From NCBI RefSeq assembly GCF_001194135.2, contig NC_069009.1, positions 8,018,211 through 8,058,234 on the forward strand: a DNA stretch of 40,024 nt. Direction: 5' to 3'. Source of the DNA: Octopus bimaculoides (Eukaryota). The notes under the pieces were generated by a model that ran no database searches, had not been told where the DNA came from, and saw only the letters and a program-made list of their open reading frames with translations. This document shows positions 10,132 through 22,257 of the stretch, piece by piece. The translations under genes were made by a program, and so were the position numbers. Each line of letters starts with the position of its first letter. The first letter of the stretch is position 1.

Positions 10132-13080
10132 CATCATCATCATCATCATTTAGTGTCTGCTTTCCATGCTGGCATGCGTTAGACGGTTTGATTGGAACTG
10201 GTAAGCCAGAGAGTTGCACCAAGTTTCAGTCTGATTTGGCATGGTTTCTATGGCTGGATTCCCTACCAATGCCAACAATTCCAAGTGTGTAATGGGTGCT
10301 TTCTATATGCCACTGGCACAGGTGCTTTTATGTTCCACCAGCAAGGGCACCAATTATGTGACACCAGTATCAGCCACAACTACAATTTCAGTTGGCACAG
10401 CATATCACCAAAGATCCCAGTCACTTGTCATTGCCTCGGTAAAGCCCAATGTTCAAAAGTCATGCTTGACCACTTTGTCCCATGTCTTCCTGGGTCTACC
10501 CTTTCCACAAGTTCCCTCCACAGTTAGAGATTGGCACATTTTTACACAACTGCCCTCGTCCATATGCATCACATGACCATACCAACACAGTTTTCTCTCT
10601 TGTACACCACATCTGATGCCTCTTATGCTTAACCTTTCTCTCAAGACGCTTACACTCTGTCATACATGCACACTGACATTGCACATCCAGTGAAGAATAA
10701 TAGCTTCATTTCTTTGAAGCCTACACATGTCTTCAGCAGTCACAGCCCATGTTTCACTGCCATGTAGCATAGCTATTTCCACACAGGCAACATGCAATCT
10801 GCCTTTCACTCTGAGGGAGAGCTCCTTAGTTACCAATAAAAGTAGAAGCTCTCTGAACTTTGTCCAGCCTGTTCATATTGTAGCAACTATACTTTCAGAA
10901 CTACCTCCTCCACTACTAACTTCGTCAGTTAGATAATGGATGATCCTCCCTGCCATTTGATGGAATCTATTTTCTGTACATTTCTTGTGTCTATTGTACC
11001 TGTACACATGCCACACACAAAGACTATTTTCCCAGTTAACCTTCCTCTGATATTGCTGCACCTCTTAGGTGTCCATAGCTTATACTGGGTACATCTTATG
11101 GAGTTTCTACCTACATCTTTGCTACATATTGAGCAGGGCCATTTACCTGGGGGGATTTATGATTTGTCCTGTTTCCTACTTACTAAGACTTTGGTTTTTG
11201 CTAGATTACCTCTAAAGCTCTTTGATTCTAGACCTTGCTTCCACACATGAAATTTCTTCTCTAGTTCTGGTAGTGATTTGGCTATAAGAACAAGGTCATT
11301 GCATAGAGGAGCTCCCAGCTAAAACCCAACTTAAATTCTTCTGTTATTGCCTGGAGGACTATGGTGAACAAGAGGGGCTGAAGAGGGGTTTATTTTTGGC
11401 TAGGTACTTCTCCTGTAGCTGCCTTATCAGAAGTATAGCATCAGTGGTGCTTCTCCCTGGCACAAAACCAAACTGCATCTTATCTAGACTAACTCTCTTC
11501 CTATTTAATTGGGTTATGACCCTCTCCATGACTTTCATCACCTGATCCAACAATCTTATACCTCTGTAATTATTTCTGTCTATGGTATTACTTTTACCTT
11601 TGTAGCAGTTGATTATGGTGCTGCTACACCAGTCATTGTGTAAGACTCCTTCATGCACCACCTAATTAACTATACAGGTGAATAAAACATAACCCACACT
11701 TACAGATACTTTAAGCATCTCAGCAGTGATTCCTGAGGGGGCCAGAGGGGGTCTTTCCTGGTCTTCATATCCTTCATGGCTTTATCTACCATGCTACTGT
11801 CTATTTGGATTGCTGGCCCCTCTGTTGGATCCACAGTAGTCAAGTGCTCCTTCTCCCATGAGTTCTCTACATTTAGTAGCCTTTCATAGTGGCACTTTCG
11901 TGCCTCTTTCTTTGCAGAGTCACTAACTGCAAGTGAACCATCATCCATGTGAACACAGTTCTCTCTAACAACATTACAATTTTCCCTGGCACACTTTCTT
12001 GCAAACCAAAATGCTTCAAGCTGCTGGTCCTCACACAGCAGAACATTGGCTCTTCAGGAATCACTGCTGAGATGCTTAAAATATTTGGCAGTATGGGTTA
12101 TGGTCTATTCACCCGTAGAGTTATATGGCACATGAAGGAGTCCTCTACAATGACTGATGTAGAAGCACCATTGTCAACATTCTGCTTCACCCCTGGCTAA
12201 GTATACCTGCCTCCTAGCTTCCCTTCTAGCTGCCTGATATAACTACTGCCATCCTTCCAGTCCTTCCAAGCCTGTTTCCTTACTCTAATGGCCCTGTCAG
12301 CTACACTGTTCCACTACCACGTCACTCTAGGTCTGGCTGAGACTTTGCACCAACCACAAATTTGGTTTGTGGCTCTCAGCAAGTTGTTTTGTAGGAACTT
12401 CCCCTTTGTTACAAGTTTGTAACTCTTCCACCTTCTCATTAAATGCTTCAGTCAGGACGTTCCTAAATCTCTGACTGCTCAAAGGATCCCTAAGCTTCCA
12501 CATCCTTTTTTTCCAAACTGGCTTGCTTCAGTAGCTTGGAGTCCCCAATGAGTAACCTATACTGAAGGGTACATTTTTCACCAGGGAAGGACTTTGCATT
12601 CATGAGCAACCATGAATCCCACTTTATGGTGAGAGTGTAGTAAATCTGGTTAGCATGGTCACTGGATTTATAGGTTATCAGGTGACTGGCTGGTTTCCTG
12701 AAATTGGTGTTTCAGATCATTCAGTTATTCACATCACAGAACTCTAGCCTTGTTCTCTCCTCATTTTGGGAACTAATTCCATGACTCCACCATGCAGCTC
12801 AACATGTCCATTGAAATCACCGACCATAAAGATAATGTTACTGTCATTTATCTTTGCAGTGGCCTGCAAAATATTGTCATAAAAGTGGTCCTTTTATTCA
12901 TTTAGCATACCCAGTTGTGGGGCATAGACAGAGATGATTGTTGTTGTGCTATTCTGCAAAACTAGTCTACTTTCACATACTCTGGCTACTTCAATTACCT
13001 AATTTACTCATTTCTCTGCTAGAAGTATGCCAACATCTCATACCCCATCACTGTTGACCTCCCAGAAGAATTTATATATT
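10132..13080 (-). mobile_element. RTE-clade LINE (5'-truncated): APE endonuclease + RT + 3' UTR with (ATG)n tail; decayed
   Basis: - strand: IISVYAPQ, GDFNGHV, NTNFRK (APE); NYRGIRLLD, QFGFVPGRSTTDAI, ELLYANDL, LHGSETW, WYGHVMHM, GRPRKTW (RT); (CAT)n on + at 10132. Confidence 0.95.
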
Positions 13081-13284
13081 GATAAATAGTTAAATTGAAG
13101 TGAAATAACCTTAGTATAGTAAGACAACAGGGTAACACTGTTATCCTGAAATAACCTTAGTTGGCAAATAGGCGTGGATGTTACACTTTTATCTTTTATG
13201 CACTCCAGACAAAAAGCTATGGCTGTGGTATGGCACCACCATAATTCATTTTGTATGTGTGTGTGTTTTATTAGGTTTAAATCA

Positions 13285-13410
13285 ATGATTCCCTACCATA
13301 TTTTGCCTATGGATCCTTTTTGATCCCTATTTTACTCAACTGGACCCCGTAGCCATTCAATGTTTTTAAAAAATACTATTATATTTTTATAATTAATATT
13401 ATTAGGAGTT
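13285..13410 (+). repeat. hAT-like MITE terminal fragment
   Basis: Homologous to the rc of 8400-8515. Confidence 0.55.
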
Positions 13411-13504
13411 GTATAAAAACAATTGTTAAAATATTTTGTGCATTGTAGAAGTATAAGCAATTTATTGCACACAAATCTTAACAGCAGAATCTTATAGCTT
13501 CTAT

Positions 13505-13660
13505 ACTGGTCTGAGTTGGACAGTTTGACAGTGGCTGGCAAGCCAGAAGACTGTACCAAGCTTCACAATATGTTTTGGCATGGTTTTTATGGCTGGATGT
13601 CCTTCCTAATGCTAACCACTTTACAGGATGGACCAAGTGCTTTTTACATAGCATCACCAG
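13505..13660 (-). mobile_element. RTE-tail-related short element fragment
   Basis: ggctggatgtccttcctaatgctaaccact is shared with the RTE 3' UTR. Confidence 0.8.
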
Positions 13661-13869
13661 ATATTCAAATATGCTAGGATTTCCATGGCTCTAATAGTAT
13701 GTAGAATACCTAGCACAATAATTATCCAATGTGTGATTCCAATATGAAATGTTGGTCAGCATCTTTGAATATCTGAATGGTAATTTGAGGAAATGTTAAC
13801 AGAAAGGAGGGGAATAATAATTGACAATACAGAGGAAAATAAAGGATGGTAAGGAATATCAGTTTGAAA

Positions 13870-14290
13870 TCTTTGCACAGGTCAGCAAGTTTTGGGGAGA
13901 GTGTAAATCAATTCTACCAACACCAATGCTCAACTGGTACTTATTTTATCAACCCTGAAAGGATGAAAGGCAAGGTTGACCTCAGTGGAGTTTGAACTCA
14001 GAATGTAAAGACAGACAAAATGCTGCTAAGTATTTTATCTAAAGTGCCTAACAATTCTGCCTGCTCTTTACCTTAAGGTACAGCTTAATATTGGTTTCAA
14101 ATTTTGGCACAAGGCCAGCAATTCCAGGGGAAATCGACCTCAGTGTTCAATTGGTATTTATTTTATCAACCCTAAAAGGAAAAAAGTGGTCAACCTTGAT
14201 GGAATTTGAACTCAGAATGTAAAGACAGACTAGGTGCCACTAAGAATTTTGCTCAGCATGCTAACAATTCTGCCAGCTTACTGCCTTAAT
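13870..14290 (-). mobile_element. Two tandem SINE family B copies (13870-14075; 14085-14290)
   Basis: Each has tttgaactcagaatgtaaagacagac...ctaacaattctgcc. Confidence 0.88.
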
Positions 14291-14698
14291 ATTAAACACA
14301 AGGAACATTTAGAAACAAAAATAATTTCTATCTGTCTATCCATCGACCTATCTGTCTGTTTATTTGATAAACTGACTATCTATTGATCAGTCTATCTCCC
14401 GATTTCACATATGCTACCCAAGTGCTAATACTGTCACCAGTTCTCCCTGCAGTCACAGACAAGATGCTCTACTATGTCAAGGGTGGGACACTTGAGAGTG
14501 TTACACCTGTGTTTGACTCCCTTTCTTAATTTATCCGTGTTATACAAAAACATTTCACTTAACCCTGGAATTTCTACCTTTATAAGTAGGCTGTAATATC
14601 CTTAGCAATTATGTGAATTTTTGCTACCCTGGTAACTATTTATTTATTTATTTATTTTTTCCTTGTTATTTGGACACATTGAAAAATATACATACATT

Positions 14699-14745
<47 letters not shown>

Positions 14746-14970
14746 NNNNNNNNNNNNNNNNNNNNNNNNNNNNNNNNNNNNNNNNNNNNNNNNNNNNNNN
14801 NNNNNNNNNNNNNNNNNNNNNNNNNNNNNNNNNNNNNNNNNNNNNNNNNNNNNNNNNNNNNNNNNNNNNNNNNNNNNNNNNNNNNNNNNNNNNNNNNNNN
14901 NNNNNNNNNNNNNNNNNNNNNNNNNNNNNNNNNNNNNNNNNNNNNNNNNNNNNNNNNNNNNNNNNNNNNN
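14746..14970. other. Assembly gap between (TA)n and (TC)n
   Basis: N run. Confidence 1.
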
Positions 14971-15033
<63 letters not shown>

Positions 15034-15904
15034 CTCCCTCTCCCTCTCTCTTCCCAGAAGAAATTGGCTGTGGTCAGACCTGGTGAGCAATGGGCTCCAC
15101 CAGGTCTAAAAGTGTCTAAGATATGCTGTATTTCACAACAGCACTCCTACAACTGCATCACATAGTTAACGGACTAAGGCAAGATAGTGCTTATGCACAA
15201 GAAGCTACCATAAATTTTATAGCTCAATTGACACAATACCATATAAAATCTTGCATACAGTTTGTAATCAGCTATTAAAAATAGCAAAGAGCAAAAAACT
15301 TTTGTAAACTGAAGACAAACAATATCATTGATGATTAAAATATCAATTTCCTACACCTGTTTCAATAATCCTCACATATCCTCATAACTGTACAATTATA
15401 TAACAATATGAATATACAGGACATAAGAATCTGATTTTCAAGGATCACTTTTTTAATATGAATTCCAAACTATTAGAAATTCTATAGAGAAAGAGGAAGA
15501 TGCAAGAGAAAGAAATAAGAAAGAAGAGAAAGGAAGTAATGATTTAGTGACAAAGAGTAAATAGAAAGATAGAAAGTTAACAATGGAGATGGTAACAAGA
15601 GATTAAGACAGTAAAATAGTAATAAAATCAAGAAAAGAAATATGGAATTAACAAAAACAAAATAAATAATAACAAAGAAACGTAATGGATAAATATAAAG
15701 TAAAATAAATAAAAAAAAATAGCAATAGTAATAAATCAATGAAAAACTGATATCTGAAGCAGGAAGGTTATAAATTAATTCTTGTAGCTATGCAGATAAC
15801 CGCAGGTTTAGCTGGTCATACATGGCAATTTGAAGGAGAATCATGAAAGCTCTGCTGGAAAACTAGATCACAAGAGGTAACATATACATGTAAACATATA
15901 TCAT

Positions 15905-16125
15905 AATCATCATCATCATCATTATAGTTTAATGTCCATTTTCCATGCTGGCATGAGTTGGATGGTTTGACATGGAATTGGCCAGCTGGGTGCTGTCCAG
16001 ACTCCAATTGTCTGTTGTGACATAGTCTCTCTGGCTGAATGCCCTTCCTAATGCCAACCACTTAACAGAGTGTGCTGGGTGCCTTTTACGTGCCACCAGC
16101 ACAGGTGCATTTATGCAGCACCAGC
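15905..16125 (-). mobile_element. RTE-tail-related short element
   Basis: (CAT)n, then ttccatgctggcatgagttggatgg...gcccttcctaatgccaaccac. Confidence 0.85.
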
Positions 16126-16617
16126 ATGGGTATCCAGGATGCTAAGGAGTCTGCCTGCTAACCACACCTTAGTGGTAGTAGTAGTAGTAAGGTACACAGT
16201 CCAAAATGGACTGGATGAAAATACTAGGATCTCTGGGACAGACGAGTTGGGTGCTACACATTTGTTTACCAACAACTGTTTATGTTTTATAAAGCTTCTA
16301 AAGATATATTTACAGTTGTCTGTGACACATGATACATTAAATTTTTGTTAATTTGTTGTACAAAATCCTTATGGGAAAGATCAATATAGAAACTGTTAAA
16401 GAAACATGTGTGAATCTAAAGTAGACAACGTGTTTGGGTGATGTGAGGTTGTATTTCAGAATTTGTTTTGTTTATACAATTTCTCAACGGAAAATCTGTT
16501 TCATATACAGAATGTTAAAGGAAACTTTGGGACTCCCTATTAGTCATCAACCTAACTCATCTCAGTGTTTGTAACGTAAATGTACTGAAACCATTGCTTG
16601 TAATATATATACTCTTT

Positions 16618-16651
<34 letters not shown>

Positions 16652-16654
16652 ATA

Positions 16655-17164
16655 NNNNNNNNNNNNNNNNNNNNNNNNNNNNNNNNNNNNNNNNNNNNNN
16701 NNNNNNNNNNNNNNNNNNNNNNNNNNNNNNNNNNNNNNNNNNNNNNNNNNNNNNNNNNNNNNNNNNNNNNNNNNNNNNNNNNNNNNNNNNNNNNNNNNNN
16801 NNNNNNNNNNNNNNNNNNNNNNNNNNNNNNNNNNNNNNNNNNNNNNNNNNNNNNNNNNNNNNNNNNNNNNNNNNNNNNNNNNNNNNNNNNNNNNNNNNNN
16901 NNNNNNNNNNNNNNNNNNNNNNNNNNNNNNNNNNNNNNNNNNNNNNNNNNNNNNNNNNNNNNNNNNNNNNNNNNNNNNNNNNNNNNNNNNNNNNNNNNNN
17001 NNNNNNNNNNNNNNNNNNNNNNNNNNNNNNNNNNNNNNNNNNNNNNNNNNNNNNNNNNNNNNNNNNNNNNNNNNNNNNNNNNNNNNNNNNNNNNNNNNNN
17101 NNNNNNNNNNNNNNNNNNNNNNNNNNNNNNNNNNNNNNNNNNNNNNNNNNNNNNNNNNNNNNNN
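16655..17164. other. Assembly gap between (TC)n and (AC)n
   Basis: N run. Confidence 1.
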
Positions 17165-17226
<62 letters not shown>

Positions 17227-17395
17227 GAGTTTGGAGGGATATATTATCTGGGCAGATACTGTATTGGCTCTCAGTTAAGTTCCAGTGAACAGCTAACCAC
17301 TGTGTCTACTATTTGTTGTTGCTAGTCACTCTGAGAATTCTTCCAATGGGTAATTCTGTATATGCTTTGCTGGTAAAAATTGTCTGGAGTATATA

Positions 17396-17737
17396 TTATT
17401 ATTAATAATAAAGAGTATGGAGACTTGTACATCCACAAAATTTATTTTCTAGTTACATACAGTATATTATAATGACCTAAACACGTTTCCACTGCACTGA
17501 CTACTCACAGTTGCAGATGCAACTTTACATTATTATTGATGCAGCTTCTTCACTTTGAGGATGACCAAATGGCTGAACCCTGACGAAACTGCACCAATAA
17601 TAATTCGAGGTTGCATCTGCATCCATGAGTAGTTAGTGTGGAAGAAACATGTGTAGGTCATTATAGTATGCTGTATATAACTATAAAATAAATTTTGTGG
17701 ATGAACAAGTCTCCATTTTCTTTATTAATAATAATAA
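17396..17737. repeat. ~340-bp foldback palindrome (colinear arms, 28-nt central spacer 17553-17580)
   Basis: atggagac/gtctccat, gatgcaac/gttgcatc and tgcag/ctgca all pair with coordinate sum 35133. Confidence 0.92.
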
Positions 17738-17859
17738 TAATAATGATAATAATATATATATATATATTATGTAATCACACAAACACACTTCTCATTCTGT
17801 ATAAGTTTTCCTTAGCTGTCTTCCTATCTCTATCTCTCCATCTCTCTCTCTCTCTGTCT

Positions 17860-17975
17860 CTCTCTGCTTCTGTCTGTGTCTCTCTCTGCTTCTGTCTGTG
17901 TCTCTCTCTGCTTCTGTCTGTGTCTCTCTCTGCTTCTGTCTGTGTCTCTCTCTGCTTCTGTCTGTGTCTCTCTCT
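17860..17975 (+). repeat. Minisatellite, ~22-bp unit tctctctgcttctgtctgtgtc x5
   Basis: Direct reading. Confidence 0.9.
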
Positions 17976-18414
17976 TTCTCTATCTCTCCTAGAATGAAAA
18001 AATTTTGAAACTTTGATGCTGTGTTTGAACTGGTCTCTTTAGCTTGTATATTGTAATAAACAGCTTATTCCAACATTTGTTATTTTCCTTCTTTCTGAAT
18101 ATATTACTGAACACACATACTTAATGTGTGTGCTTTGTTTGTTCACTGTTAGGCTGTGATTTGATGCAATACGGATGATTCTCTCGAAGCACTGGGATTT
18201 AAAACACCTGAAAGTCATAGGCAAGCAAGACAACTTACTCCAAATCACAACGAGGAGTGAGAGACACCAATGTTTAGCCATTTTTGTGATGTATCAACAT
18301 CACATGTGTTTGATAAATTGTATCCTACCAGCAAACAGCCAATGCTCATACACTGACTATGTGTGTGCAATAATGTTTACAACATTACACTATTTCTAAT
18401 TCATAACTGAATAT

Positions 18415-18826
18415 ATTCTTTTATTCTTTTCAGTCATTTGACTGTGACCATGTGGGAGTACTGCCTTAAAGGTTCTTTTAGTTGAAGAAATCAACCCCAG
18501 GATTTATTCTTTGTAAGCCTAGTACTTATTCTATTATCTGTTTTGCCAAACTGCTAAGTTACAGGGTCCTAAACACACCAGCATTGTCAAGTGATGGCAG
18601 GGGAATAAACACAGACACACACATAAATACACACACGCACATACACACAGGTATATATGCAATAGTCTTCTTTCAGCTTCCATCTACCTAATACACTCAC
18701 AAAGCTTTGGTCGGCCTGAGGCTACAGTAACAGACACTTGCCCAAGGTGCCATGCAGTAGGAGTGCACCTGGAACCATATCGTTGGGTTGGGAAGCAAGC
18801 TTCTTACCACTCCACTGTGCCTGTGC

Positions 18827-18828
<2 letters not shown>
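18415..18828 (-). mobile_element. SINE family A, complete (5' module + microsatellite + 3' module)
   Basis: Both modules present in canonical order. Confidence 0.9.
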
Positions 18829-18863
<35 letters not shown>

Positions 18864-18867
18864 CATT

Positions 18868-18977
18868 TATATATTCGTTTTACAAGGTTCTTGATGTGAA
18901 ATCGTGTGTTGAAACAAATATTGTTGTATTTGGGGATGGTCATGTTGCCAGTTTAGCCAATAAAACACTCGCACTAT
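18868..18977 (-). mobile_element. Fragment of the 6683-6798 PLE-like family; rc encodes MTIPKYNNICFNTRFHIKNLVKRI
   Basis: ggggatggtcat(a/g)ttgccagtttagccaataaaa is shared with 6297-6335. Confidence 0.75.
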
Positions 18978-19344
18978 GAACAGCCAACATCCAACAGAAA
19001 ACATTCACAAGATGAATTCATGTGTTACACTTTGCATAACTCATACCCTACACAATGAACACTTCATGAAATCACACAAACAACACAATACATATGTAAA
19101 ACATATGCTACACAATCACATCTGGCACAAAATTACATCATACAACTCACACAGCACATACATGATAGCAGTGGTTTTCATCTTTTGTAGCTAAAAACTC
19201 CCTCTCACCGAGTGGGATGAAGCCAACACCCTACCCCAAGATTTGCAAAAAAAGCTAATTTTGTGCAGTAGTTTATTATTTTATCCTATAAGTGATTTTT
19301 TTGTAGCTATTTTTGAGGACGACTTCCATGTTAAATTTTTATGG

Positions 19345-19505
19345 GAATAGGCACAAGTTTGACTGTGTGGTAAGAAGCTTGCTTCCCAACCATACGGTTC
19401 TTGGTTCAGTCCCACTGCATGGCAACATCTACTATAGCTTTGGGCTGACCAAACCCTTGCGAGTGGATTTGGCAGGCGAAAACTGAAAGAATCCCATTGT
19501 ATATA

Positions 19506-19561
<56 letters not shown>

Positions 19562-19790
19562 TGTGTGTTTATCTTTGTCTGTGTTTGTCTCCCCCACCAC
19601 CAACTGGCAACCAGTGTTTGTGTGTTTAGGTCCCCATAACTTAGCGGTTCAGCAAAAGAGACTGATAGAATAAGTACCAGGCTTAAAAGAAAAGAAATAA
19701 TAGGGTCAATTCATTGCACATAAAATTCTTCAAGATGGTGCCCCAGCATGGCCGCAGTCTTACGACTGAAACGAGTAAAAAAATGATAAA
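19345..19790 (+). mobile_element. SINE family A, complete
   Basis: Head tgactgtgtggtaagaagcttgcttccc...(TG)n...3' module. Confidence 0.9.
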
Positions 19791-20044
19791 TTACTAAAGA
19801 TGACTTACAGGGTTTTCTCCTCCAATTCCACATTACCACCTTCAACCTCGTCAATGTTAAATTCATCAACATAAGCCACAATTTCATTATCATCAGTCAT
19901 GACTATGCTGTTGTCGATCATAATTGCATCGTCATCAATTTAAGTATCATCACTTTAAGGTGGAGTGCATGTTTCTAATGAACAGAAATTAACATCAGTG
20001 CTTACTTGCTGCAGAATTATAAAAGAATGTAAACAATAGAAATA

Positions 20045-20810
20045 AGTGTAGGTGTGGCTGTGCGGTAAGAAGCTTGCTTCCCAGCCACATGGTTCTGGGT
20101 TCAGTCTCACTTTGTGGCACCTTGGGCGAGTGTCTTCTACCATTGCCTCAGGCCAAACAAAGCCTTGTGAGTAGATTTGGTGGGCAGAGGCTGGGGGAGG
20201 CCTGTAATATGTGTGTGTGTGTGTGTATTTCTATGTGTGTGTGTGTCTTTGTGTCTGTGTTTGTCCCCACCACCACCTCAACACAACCGATGGTAATGTG
20301 TTTATGTCTCCATAACTTAGCCATTCAACAAAAGGAGGAGGAGGAGACCCACTTCGGCCATGAATGACCATGGGATTGTACCTAGAATGTTCCCCTCCAA
20401 GGAACACGTCCGGGCAAGGTTGTTTATGGAAGATCAGCAGTCACCCATGCATACCAGCCTCCTCTCTCCACACCACTGATGTCATCCAAGGGAAAGACAA
20501 AGACCGATACAGCTTGGCACCAGTGACGTCGCAACTCATTTCTACAGCTGAGTGAACTGGAGCAATGTGAAATAAAGTGTCTTGCTCAAGAACACAACAC
20601 GTAGCCCAGTCAGGGATTTGAACTCACAACCTCACAATTGTAAGTTTGATGCTCTAACCACTGAGCCATGCACCTTCTCCAACAAAAGAGACCAATAGAA
20701 TAAGTACTAGGCTTACAAAAAATAAGTCCTGCGGTTGATTTCTTCAACTAAAACTCTTTAAGGCCGTGCTCCAGCATGGCCACAGTCAAATGACTGAAAT
20801 GTATAAAGGA
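20045..20810 (+). mobile_element. SINE family A interrupted by a nested SINE
   Basis: The 3' module resumes at 20689 after the TSD. Confidence 0.88.
20335..20679 (-). mobile_element. tRNA-headed SINE family C, nested, with 9-bp TSD caacaaaag (20326-34/20680-88)
   Basis: rc head aaggtgcatggctcagtggttagagc...gtgagttcaaatccc; conserved central domain gttgtgttcttgagcaagacactttatttcac...ctcagctgta; (TCC)n tail. Confidence 0.88.
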
Positions 20811-20889
20811 AACAAAGAGAAAAGAAAAAGCAAGAAGTGTTATAAAGGATTATAAGTAATGAATAGTAATAAGAATGTCTCTTGGCTCT

Positions 20890-21210
20890 GGCTCTCCAAA
20901 GATTACAATGACAAGTGTTCCAGTTAATCTGACCAATGGAACAGCTTGCTTGTGAAATTAAATTGTAATTGATGGAGCACTCCACAGATACATGTGTCCA
21001 TAACATAGTTCTAAGGGAGATTCAGTATGACACAGAATGTGACAAGGCTGACCCTTTCATTTACAGGTACAACTCAATTTTGCCAGCTGAGTGGACAGGA
21101 GCAATGGGAAATAAAATATCTTGCTGAAGGATACAACATACTGCCAGGAATTGAACTCATGATTTTATGGTTGTGAGTCAAATACATTCACCACTAAACC
21201 ATGCTCCTTC
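20890..21210 (-). mobile_element. tRNA-headed SINE sharing the family C central domain, with a different 3' part
   Basis: cagctgagtggacaggagcaatgggaaataaaatatcttgctgaagga...gaattgaactc. Confidence 0.75.
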
Positions 21211-21409
21211 TATCACTCCATACATGACTGTAAATACAGGGTGTCCCAGAATTAACTATTTATTTCAATGAAATCAGACAAATTTTTTAAAAAACTGATA
21301 AAATGTTTATTACTTAATTATGATACCAAAACAAATAGATTTATAAATCTTACATCAAAATTCTATTGTCTGTATCTCTGAAAATTTCAAACTTATCCTT
21401 AGCATTGCA

Positions 21410-21680
21410 AAGCACAATTTGCTGAACTGCTAAGTTACAGGGACATAAACACACCAGCATCCATTGTCAAGTGAATGCAGGGGGACAAACACACACATAT
21501 AAACACACACACACATAATGGGCTTCTTTGAGTTTCTGTCTACTACATCCACTCACAAGGATTTGGTTGGCTTGAGGCTATAGTACAAGACCCTTGCCCA
21601 AGGTACCACGTGGTGGGACTGAACCCAGAATCATGTGGTTGGAAAGCAAGCTTCTTATCACACAGCCACACCTGCACCTA
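21410..21680 (-). mobile_element. SINE family A, 3'-truncated
   Basis: Shared body and head. Confidence 0.85.
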
Positions 21681-21914
21681 CATATATGTAAACATATTGA
21701 TCAACACTGGGTTAATTTTGATCATCAAGGATGAATTGCTAAATTTGTTGTGAATTACAGACATAGCATAGTAGATAAAGACTTTGGTACTGCAGTCACC
21801 TAGAGGTTTTGAGTTCAATCTCAGACAAGGTACTAAGATAATTAACGAAGAGAAAAAAAATCAACTGAAGCAAAAAATGTCATGAAACACAGAGAACAAA
21901 ATGAGAACAGTATA

Positions 21915-22149
21915 CAGTAAGCCCTCAACTATTGCAGGTGTTACATTCCAAAATCTCCCACAGAAAAAATTAAAATATAATAAAATATAGATATCTATAG
22001 GCTACAGAAAGCTGGATATACTGAGGAGTCCACAGTATAAATTTACATATATTAGCCAGAAAAATCCACAATGTACTGAGTGCGCAATAGGTGAACCGTG
22101 ATGTACTGAGTGCGCAATAGGTGAACCACAATATGGTAAGGGATTACTA
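21915..22149. mobile_element. Tigger/pogo-like MITE with an internal 30-bp tandem duplication (22071-22127)
   Basis: TIRs cagtaagccctcaactattgc / rc tagtaatcccttaccatattgt; TA flank on the left. Confidence 0.75.
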
Positions 22150-22197
22150 CACTCCTGTGGGTTCAAAATTCCAATACAATAACTGAGTTCAATACAA

Positions 22198-22257
22198 GAT
22201 GCCTGAAGAAGGCTTGAGTGTATAAACAGCTGAAATGTAGTGAAAGCAACACTCAAG
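22198..22257 (+). ncRNA. Decayed minimal type I HHR with potential loop-2/3'-flank pseudoknot
   Basis: atgc-CTGAAGA(22203-09)-a-ggct...agct-GAAA(22232-35)-tgTA-g; cttgagtgt (22213-21) is complementary to acactcaag (22249-57). Confidence 0.7.

Noticed and set aside
13126-13140. Similarity of acaacagggtaa to part of the I-SceI site
   Set aside because: Partial, chance match with no supporting context.
18130-18290. Possible minus-strand exon pair with GTAAGT donor and ttcag acceptor
   Set aside because: The implied intron is only ~31 nt and the peptide is unrecognisable.
21763-21836. tRNA-like sequence with A and B boxes
   Set aside because: No complete cloverleaf or acceptor stem; most likely a decayed SINE head, not a tRNA gene.
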